Below are positions 25,813 to 31,849 of a DNA stretch of 42,013 nt, one piece after another. Location of the stretch: IMG/VR virus record IMGVR_UViG_3300027796_000005; one strand, written 5' to 3'. The notes below the pieces were generated by a model. The model saw only the letters and a program-made list of their open reading frames with translations. It searched no databases and had not been told where the DNA came from. The DNA is from a virus. Positions within the stretch are counted from its first letter, which is position 1; the number at the start of each line of letters is the position of its first letter. Made by a program: the position numbers and the translations under genes.

Positions 25813-27415
25813 AAAGAAAAAGATATACTTCAATAACCCTCAGCTGGAGGTAATGGCCACAGCAGCTCACACCACCGTTTTTTTAGGCGGTCGCCGGTTG
25901 GGTAAAACGCATGGCATTGCCGCTCCCTGGTTACTTCGCATTACTCAAGCCATGCCCGGCTGTGCCATTGGTATAATTGGCGCCAGTTTTCAGCAGATCC
26001 TCACCCGTACGCTTCCAGGTACATTCAAGGCCCTCGAATCTATGGGCTATTACCGGAACGTTCACTATACCGTTGGCATTGTTCCTCCCAAAAGCTGGCG
26101 CGATAAGATGGTCAGGGAGCCGATTAAGTACGATCATGTTGTTTCCTGGTACAACGGAACTGTTTGGTACTTGATCTCTCAGGACATTCCCGGATCATCC
26201 AACTCGTTAACCCTGCAGGCCATCTTTGCCGATGAAGCCAAATTCCTCGATTTTGAAAAGCTGAAGGATGAAACCTTCCCGGCCAATGGCGGGTATAAAG
26301 GCCCGTGGAAAAATTGCCCCTGGTTAAATTCAATGCTTTTCATCTCGGATATGCCAACCAGCAAAAAAGGAAGCTGGCTGCTGAACTTCCGTGAAAAGAT
26401 GGACCGGAAAGTAATTGACGCAATTCACGATCTGGTTCGCGAAATAGACCGTTTACGAAAGCTTCCTGAAACAAAATACACTAAAAGAGAGCTGCGTAAT
26501 TGCAGGCTAGAAATAGCCAAATTGCGCAGCATTGCAGTTTATTACCGCGAAGTATCAACGCTCGAAAATCTTGAGATGCTGGGCAAAAAGTACATAGCTC
26601 AAATGAAGCGCGATCTTCCTCCGCTGGTATTCCTCACCTCCATACTTTGCATGCGCCCTGGGAAGTTGAAGGATGGCTTCTACCCATCGCTGACTGATGA
26701 CCATCTGTACAAGGCTTTCGATAATACCTACCTCAAAAGCCTTGAATATGACGTTGACAAGGCGAGGAAAGCTAAATGCCGGCAGGATGGCGATCTTGAT
26801 CCAAAGAAGCCTATATGCGTTGCATTCGACTACAATAGCAATATAAACTGGTTGGTAGCCGGTCAGGCCGATGGAACGAAAATAAAGGTCATCAAATCGT
26901 TCTACGTAAAGTATCAACGAAAGCTCCGGGAGCTGGTCGATGACTTCTGTGACTACTACCAATACCATCAAACCAGGGAAGTTGTTTTTTACTACGACAA
27001 TACAGCACTTGGAAGCAACTACGCTGTGAATGAGGAAGATTTTGCAACGGTTATAAAAGAACAGTTTGGGAAAAACGGATGGCGCGTACATGCTGTTTAC
27101 ATGGGCCAGCAACTCAGGCAGCATGAAAAATACACCATGATCGATCAGGCTTTCAAAGGTCAGAAATATAAGATGCCAATGATTAACGAACCCAATAATG
27201 AAGCGTTAATACTTGGTTTGCAACATGCCGGTGTTCGCATTGGCCGTCGTGGTTGGGAAAAGGATAAGACTGATGAGAAGAAAGAAGAAAATGAAGAGAG
27301 CCGCCTGGAACATCGTACCGATGGAACCGACGCCTTCGATACGTTAGTAATTGGAATGATTTTGTATCCTCACAGTGGGGTAAGTTCAGCGGTTGGGGGT
27401 AGTAGTTTCAAATAA
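25805..27415 (+). CDS. terL: Terminase large subunit
   Basis: 536 aa. Walker A is FLGGRRLGKTHG and Walker B-like is AIFADEAKF. Size and nuclease-half layout are typical of TerL. Confidence 0.8.
   Translation: MTEKKKIYFNNPQLEVMATAAHTTVFLGGRRLGKTHGIAAPWLLRITQAMPGCAIGIIGASFQQILTRTLPGTFKALESMGYYRNVHYTVGIVPPKSWRDKMVREPIKYDHVVSWYNGTVWYLISQDIPGSSNSLTLQAIFADEAKFLDFEKLKDETFPANGGYKGPWKNCPWLNSMLFISDMPTSKKGSWLLNFREKMDRKVIDAIHDLVREIDRLRKLPETKYTKRELRNCRLEIAKLRSIAVYYREVSTLENLEMLGKKYIAQMKRDLPPLVFLTSILCMRPGKLKDGFYPSLTDDHLYKAFDNTYLKSLEYDVDKARKAKCRQDGDLDPKKPICVAFDYNSNINWLVAGQADGTKIKVIKSFYVKYQRKLRELVDDFCDYYQYHQTREVVFYYDNTALGSNYAVNEEDFATVIKEQFGKNGWRVHAVYMGQQLRQHEKYTMIDQAFKGQKYKMPMINEPNNEALILGLQHAGVRIGRRGWEKDKTDEKKEENEESRLEHRTDGTDAFDTLVIGMILYPHSGVSSAVGGSSFK
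27383..27415 (+). repeat. 33-bp direct repeat, copy A (3' end of terL)
   Basis: AGTTCAGCGGTTGGGGGTAGTAGTTTCAAATAA matches 27778-27810 at 30 of 33 positions. Confidence 0.85.
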
Positions 27416-27752
27416 CTGGTGTAAAAGTATATTTTAATGTTATCCCAAAAGAGAAATCAGATAAAACAGGTTCTTCAAGGTATCCAAGTAAAGTTTCATT
27501 ATAGTATAATCCATTAATGTATGGATTATCGTCTACATGCCTCACTAAAAAAGTTTGCTTTGCATCATTTATTGTAGGCTCTCGTTTTAGATGAGCTCTA
27601 AGCGCGTCCATGATCAAATTTTCTTTTTGTAATAATAATTGCTTTACCGATTCTATATACAAATCACCCATTTTGAAGCCATATTCAAAATTAATATGAT
27701 GTTTATCAATTTCTTCTGGGGTGTAATTTTGATTGCCATTAATGGTTTCCAT
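27408..27752 (-). CDS. Hypothetical protein (114 aa), island cassette 1
   Basis: ORF convergent with terL, overlapping its end by 8 nt. Shares its leader and the first 8 nt (ATGGAAAC) with the next cassette. Confidence 0.55.
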   Translation of the reverse strand: METINGNQNYTPEEIDKHHINFEYGFKMGDLYIESVKQLLLQKENLIMDALRAHLKREPTINDAKQTFLVRHVDDNPYINGLYYNETLLGYLEEPVLSDFSFGITLKYTFTPVI

Positions 27753-27777
27753 AATTCAATTTTAATAATTATTAATT

Positions 27778-27810
27778 AGTTCAGCGGTTGGAGGTAGTAG
27801 CTTTAAATAA
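27778..27810 (+). repeat. 33-bp direct repeat, copy B (orphan copy of the terL 3' end including its stop)
   Basis: AGTTCAGCGGTTGGAGGTAGTAGCTTTAAATAA. It sits immediately 3' of the stop of the minus-strand ORF 27812..28117. Confidence 0.85.
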
Positions 27811-27811
27811 G

Positions 27812-28117
27812 TTACAGTCTATCTTTAAATTCAATATTCATTTTTATGATTCCAGCAATATGTAGAGCTAACTCTTTTACCTTATTGTTAAAATGCGCCT
27901 TAAAAATTGCTTTGATATAAACATCTCTTGAGTATCTCATATCTTTACCCCACTCAACATCTAAAAGCACAAATCTGATAGTATTATAATCCGTCAAATA
28001 AAAATCAACCTTGCCAAAATTTTTAGTTAAAATGTCACTAATCATTATAACGGCTTCACTAACATAATCTTCAAGTGTTTTCAATAATTCTTTTTGATCT
28101 TCAAAATAAGTTTCCAT
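27812..28117 (-). CDS. Hypothetical protein (101 aa), island cassette 2
   Basis: ORF with leader GATTCAAATTTATTAATTATT, similar to the leader of 27408..27752. No protein similarity between the two cassettes was seen by eye. Confidence 0.55.
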   Translation of the reverse strand: METYFEDQKELLKTLEDYVSEAVIMISDILTKNFGKVDFYLTDYNTIRFVLLDVEWGKDMRYSRDVYIKAIFKAHFNNKVKELALHIAGIIKMNIEFKDRL

Positions 28118-28147
28118 GATTCAAATTTATTAATTATTTTTCGTTCA

Positions 28148-28206
28148 CATTTTAATTAATGTTAATGAGGTCTCCACGTTTATGGGTTGCCGCCCTGTGG
28201 AGACCT
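28148..28206 (-). promoter_or_regulatory. Intergenic element: CATTTTAATTAATGTTAAT box plus 10-bp-stem hairpin containing GGTTGCCGCC
   Basis: AGGTCTCCAC (28168-77) pairs with GTGGAGACCT (28197-206). The box at 28148-66 duplicates the start region of the upstream gene, and on the minus strand reads ATTAACATTAATTAAAATG-TGA (start-stop). Confidence 0.55.
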
Positions 28207-28213
28207 TCATTAT

Positions 28214-28411
28214 TTAAGCTAGTTCACACTGAACTTCACCATCAATAGTCTCCAGCTTGAACAGGTAACACCCTTCCTCACTGAAATCTTTGTTCACTAT
28301 CACAGCATCGTTGTTGGTAGCTGCAATGTACACCGGTCCATCCGGTTTTGTTTTGCAATCGCCGTAACACTTTACAGCCAATTGCTTCGCTTCGAATACA
28401 TTCATTTTCAT
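28214..28411 (-). CDS. Hypothetical protein (65 aa)
   Basis: ORF between two repeated intergenic elements. Confidence 0.5.
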   Translation of the reverse strand: MKMNVFEAKQLAVKCYGDCKTKPDGPVYIAATNNDAVIVNKDFSEEGCYLFKLETIDGEVQCELA

Positions 28412-28442
28412 TTTATTAATGTTAATACTTCCGGTTGCCGCC
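28409..28442 (-). promoter_or_regulatory. Second copy of the TTAATGTTAAT + GGTTGCCGCC bipartite element
   Basis: CATTTTATTAATGTTAAT lies at 28409-26 and GGTTGCCGCC at 28433-42. Compare with 28148-66 and 28185-94. Confidence 0.55.
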
Positions 28443-28446
28443 GGGG

Positions 28447-28671
28447 TTAAAAAAGTTCTTTCAATTCTACCTCTAAGGCTTTCGAAATCTTGTAATAAAT
28501 ATCTATTCCGGTACTATACCGGCCCTTTTCGATACGAGAAACGTTTTGCTGATTTAACTCGGATAAAGCTCCAAGTTGATCAGCTGTCAGGTTCTTTTGC
28601 TTCCGTAGTTGTTCAATTCGCTGGCCAATACGTCGGCGGTTTTCGCGCAATTCAATTTCGTTAATCATCAT
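28447..28671 (-). CDS. XRE-family HTH regulator (Aca-like position)
   Basis: 74 aa. IGQRIEQLRKQKNLTADQLGALSELNQQNVSRIEKGR is a canonical HTH_3. Its start overlaps the stop of the upstream acidic ORF. Confidence 0.8.
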   Translation of the reverse strand: MMINEIELRENRRRIGQRIEQLRKQKNLTADQLGALSELNQQNVSRIEKGRYSTGIDIYYKISKALEVELKELF

Positions 28672-28978
28672 CTTCCTCCCATTCTTCTATGTCAATATCT
28701 GCCATGTCGTTTTCAAGCATCCGTTCATCTAGTGCCAGAAAGTTCCAAATGTCTGTAATTATGGCAATGTGTTCCTTCTCTGAAGGCCGCTCGCCATCGA
28801 TGTACTGCACTTCAGCAATGTTCGCAAAGAACTCATCAAAATCGGCAAAGTAGCCATCATCGAGAGAGTAGCGAACAAATACGCGCGGGTAATTCATTTT
28901 AAAAATGAATTCTTCATCAGGAAAAAACATCTTATTTTCTCCCACAAAATAGTTCTTAAATTTTTCTGGTATGTTCAT
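28661..28978 (-). CDS. Highly acidic small protein (105 aa)
   Basis: Internal ATG (MNIPEKF) chosen because the longer track form (to 29080) runs through a GC hairpin and into the upstream gene. Has a D/E-rich C-terminus (...DMADIDIEEWEEDDD). Confidence 0.5.
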   Translation of the reverse strand: MNIPEKFKNYFVGENKMFFPDEEFIFKMNYPRVFVRYSLDDGYFADFDEFFANIAEVQYIDGERPSEKEHIAIITDIWNFLALDERMLENDMADIDIEEWEEDDD

Positions 28979-28991
28979 ATTGAAAATGTTA

Positions 28992-29012
28992 GCCCCGGTG
29001 GTTAGCCGGGGC
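28992..29012 (-). other. Intergenic GC hairpin
   Basis: GCCCCGG pairs with CCGGGGC around a 7-nt loop, between the stop at 29022 and the start at 28978. Confidence 0.6.
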
Positions 29013-29021
29013 GGTTTGTTG

Positions 29022-29639
29022 TTATTTTTCTTCACCATATTCAAAGGTTGATTCATCGGTCCATGTGCCAACAAATTCAATCAAAGCACTGCGCCAGCTA
29101 TCTTTGACTTCATATACGAAGCTTACATTTTTGTCAGTTACACCTTCATTCATAATTTTAGAAATAGTTGATTCATAGGCTTGCATTTTGCTATCAGCTA
29201 ATATTTTGAATGAATATGTTTTAACTCCATCATTGCCTTTTATTTTTGAAACCAAAACATCTAAGGTCACTACATACCAACCTTTTTCTTGGTGATACAT
29301 ATCGGCTAAAGCTGCTTTTTCTGCTTTTTCTGCTTTTTGTTGTTTTTCGAATTCTGCTTTTACTTTGTTTTCAGCCACAATAATGTTATGCGCTTCTAAT
29401 GTTTTAGCCATTGCTGAATAGACGTTGATCCTGGTAGTCGAACAGTTAGTAGTTGCAAGCTCTGATTTTATTTCAACAGTACCATTAAAATAATTATTGA
29501 AAAAATTCTTGCAATAATCATTGCAAACTAACGGATAAGAATTTCCACGGAATTTTAAACTGTTTACGAAATTAACAGCTTCTTCTGCATTGCTTACTAA
29601 AGCTGTTTGATTGAAGTAATTGAGAACTAAATTTTTCAT
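29022..29639 (-). CDS. Hypothetical protein (205 aa)
   Basis: ORF with a central KAEFEKQQKAEKAEKAA helix. No family recognised. Confidence 0.55.
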   Translation of the reverse strand: MKNLVLNYFNQTALVSNAEEAVNFVNSLKFRGNSYPLVCNDYCKNFFNNYFNGTVEIKSELATTNCSTTRINVYSAMAKTLEAHNIIVAENKVKAEFEKQQKAEKAEKAALADMYHQEKGWYVVTLDVLVSKIKGNDGVKTYSFKILADSKMQAYESTISKIMNEGVTDKNVSFVYEVKDSWRSALIEFVGTWTDESTFEYGEEK

Positions 29640-29910
29640 TTTGTTTTGCCCGGTTGTTTATCCTGGTTGGCTCGACCAGTTTTAATTTATTAACATGGTG
29701 TAAAGATAACATCATATTTGATGTAAAACAATAGGCAAATGAAAATAATAAATCAAATTTGATGTGTTATAAAACACACAGTATTTTCGAGCGAGTTTTG
29801 AATAAGTAAATTTTCGTGTAGTTTTTTAAGGGAGAGGAATTTATGTTTCAAATCAAATGAAATTGTATGAGCGCTGATCTATCGTATAGATATTTTTAGA
29901 ATAAAAACAG

Positions 29911-30008
29911 AACCGGTACGGTACTGAAGCGCGAATTCCTTATCCAAGCGCCGGGGCCAGGCACAAGGCCTCCCCTTTGCGGTTGGTAAGGTCCAACATC
30001 AAACCCCC
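29911..30008. other. GC-rich structured segment inside a 449-bp non-coding gap
   Basis: Local GC is far above the flanks. GGGGCC...GGCC(T)CC forms a hairpin. Contains GAATTCCTTAT, the same ATTCCTTAT core as 19053 and 19164. Confidence 0.35.
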
Positions 30009-30088
30009 TATGTTCTTTCAGATTATCGGCACATTCTCAAAGAAAAGGGAAAGAAAACTAAGCCATCAAGTTTGCAAACTTCAATATT

Positions 30089-30529
30089 TTACATATAATC
30101 ATCAATCGTTGCCAGTTCCCGGGCGGGTATGGCTGCGCTCTCTGGTCTGTTTACCTTTTCACGGTGTTCTTTCATCTGATCGGCTGTAATTACCTGAGTA
30201 TTTGCAAACAGGTAACAGATAGGCCAGTACTTGTATTCTTCGGGTTCGTTGCTTCCTTCTGGTACTTGTTCACCTTGTCGGGGTTGTCCCCAAATAATAA
30301 AAGCCTTTTCACCTTTTCGCACGGTTGCGCCTTCCTGCTTCCATTGTCCAAAGGTTTTAAACTCCTCAATGTCGGGGTGTTGTTCCATATACATATCTTT
30401 TAAACCTTCGTTAACGCTGTCAATAGCGCCCTCTTTTACAAGTAATCGCAATGTTTGAGAAATAGCGATCAATCCTTTACGGTTGGTTAAGTATTGCTCT
30501 TTTCTTGTATTTTTTGTATTTTTATCCAT
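30089..30529 (-). CDS. ArdC-N-like (DUF1738-type) ssDNA-binding domain protein, stand-alone
   Basis: FKTFGQWKQEGATVRKGEKAFIIWG matches the F.T..QW...G..V.KGEK...I core of the ArdC N-terminal domain. There is no metalloprotease half. Confidence 0.5.
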   Translation of the reverse strand: MDKNTKNTRKEQYLTNRKGLIAISQTLRLLVKEGAIDSVNEGLKDMYMEQHPDIEEFKTFGQWKQEGATVRKGEKAFIIWGQPRQGEQVPEGSNEPEEYKYWPICYLFANTQVITADQMKEHREKVNRPESAAIPARELATIDDYM

Positions 30530-30595
30530 TGTTTTGAATTTTTAGGGTTAAACATTCTAAAAGTTTTTAAGAAAGCGGAGGCGGTCACCTCCGCT
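30530..30595 (-). promoter_or_regulatory. Re-used gene leader, copy A (TGTTTTGAATTTT / GTTAAAC / GGAGGCGGTCACC hairpin)
   Basis: AGCGGAGG (30574-81) pairs with CCTCCGCT (30588-95). The 13-mers TGTTTTGAATTTT and GGAGGCGGTCACC are repeated exactly at 31068 and 31100. Confidence 0.6.
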
Positions 30596-30604
30596 TTAAT
30601 TGTT

Positions 30605-31066
30605 TTAAGCTTCAATTTCTCTTTTAATTGCTTCCTCTTTTGTTTCAATCCTACCCAAAATAAAGGAAAGAACTTCACCAACAATCACCGGATTAGCAAT
30701 TTTGAAAACTTCATTGTCCCTATAGTTTTCTTTATCGGTAATAACAATGAAATAACGTTCATTAGAGAAATCGTTTGCGGCTGCTAATTGTGCAATGTTG
30801 TCAAGGTGTTTGAAAATACTTTCTTTATTGTCCTGAATTACTGCAAGTTTTCTAATCAAATCTTTCTTTCTATTGAAATACTGAATTTTATTCTCTAGGT
30901 CTGAAGGAATTACAGAAAGTTTCTGCTTTAGTTCCTCGTTTTCTTTTTGGAGTTCTTCCAATGATTTTGGAACTTCGGGTGTAGTTATTTCTTTGGCTGT
31001 TTCAGCCTGGGCATTGTTTACCCCTTTCGCAACCGTTAACGGTGCTTTTGAATTTTCTTTACTCAT
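30605..31066 (-). CDS. Hypothetical coiled-coil protein (153 aa), first gene of the island
   Basis: ORF with an LEELQKENEELKQKL segment. No family recognised. Confidence 0.55.
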   Translation of the reverse strand: MSKENSKAPLTVAKGVNNAQAETAKEITTPEVPKSLEELQKENEELKQKLSVIPSDLENKIQYFNRKKDLIRKLAVIQDNKESIFKHLDNIAQLAAANDFSNERYFIVITDKENYRDNEVFKIANPVIVGEVLSFILGRIETKEEAIKREIEA

Positions 31067-31112
31067 TTGTTTTGAATTTTACAGTTAAACTTCAATTTTG
31101 GAGGCGGTCACC
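31067..31112 (-). promoter_or_regulatory. Re-used gene leader, copy B
   Basis: TTGTTTTGAATTTTACAGTTAAAC...GGAGGCGGTCACC lies directly upstream (in the minus sense) of the ATG at 31066. Confidence 0.6.
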
Positions 31113-31404
31113 CCCTTAAATCGTTACACTAAATTACTAAATATCCAAACAAAAAACAAACTCAAATAACTGACTTACTGTATATTAACATAAATAAACT
31201 ATGTGTATAGTAACATCAAAATCAACATTGAACAGAAAAATATTTTTTGACTAAAAATTCATCTTATGTAGGGATCGTTCAAAATATCGCATCCCTCGCA
31301 TGAATTTTTTTATAATAATCTGATTTTCATTATTTTTTTTGGGGGTTAAGGGGCTTTTTCTCCCCTTCTGTCTAATAAGACCCCGCCCCGCCCTGTCCCA
31401 GTTT

Positions 31405-31571
31405 GGCAATTGCCTATTTTGTTTTTCTCGAAATATGCCTGACGGTTGCCAAAATTTCGGCAGTCGTCGTTATGGTGATCTCATGCGATAGCATTCCATA
31501 TTGATATGGCAATTGCCATTTTCAAACAAAACAAGGGGCTTCGTTATAGTGATCTTATGCGATAGCATTCC
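31405..31571. repeat. Operator-like repeats in the divergent control region
   Basis: Palindrome GGCAATTGCC occurs at 31405-14 and 31508-17. The 31-nt direct repeat TCGTTAT(G/A)GTGATCT(C/T)ATGCGATAGCATTCC occurs at 31467-97 and 31541-71. Confidence 0.7.
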
Positions 31572-31627
31572 TATTCTCTGTCCTTTTCCTGCCTCAATTA
31601 CCTTACTACATTCGATCAAAAAAGAAT

Positions 31628-31849
31628 ATGGTACATTCATCTGACTTACATAAGCTTGTAGAGAAAGGCGAATTCTCTTTTGAATATATTGAAAAAGACG
31701 GATCAGTATTGATTGGTGAACGGTGTATTTGCACAAGTTGGCACTCTGAAGGAACTACAATGAATGTAAAGTTCTGTGATAGTGGAGAAATAAGAACGCT
31801 TACACGTAAAGCTATAACTAAGTACAACGGGCAGGAGGTCTCAATCTAA
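31628..31849 (+). CDS. Hypothetical small protein preceding the portal gene
   Basis: 73-aa ORF whose stop overlaps the portal start (TAATG). Confidence 0.5.
   Translation: MVHSSDLHKLVEKGEFSFEYIEKDGSVLIGERCICTSWHSEGTTMNVKFCDSGEIRTLTRKAITKYNGQEVSI

Noticed and set aside
25931-27124. ORFs inside terL (25931..26137 -, 25977..26174 +, 26124..26333 -, 26179..26364 -, 26555..27124 -)
   Set aside because: They are embedded in the terminase ORF, which has Walker motifs. They are shadow ORFs.
27753-29020. Integron-like attC sites between the island cassettes
   Set aside because: The hairpins and boxes do not match the RYYYAAC/GTTRRRY core sites. No integron integrase is present.
28979-29080. Longer form of the acidic ORF (28661..29080)
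   Set aside because: The extension passes through the intergenic GC hairpin (28992-29012) and overlaps the upstream gene by 59 nt.
29977-30787. Plus-strand ORFs 29977..30189, 30164..30403, 30231..30458 and 30494..30787, and minus ORF 30487..30684
   Set aside because: They overlap the better-supported minus-strand genes or hairpin/leader elements, and their products are compositionally implausible.
31470-31827. Minus-strand ORFs 31470..31736 and 31606..31827
   Set aside because: They span the repeat-rich control region and run antisense to the 73-aa gene that is coupled to the portal gene.
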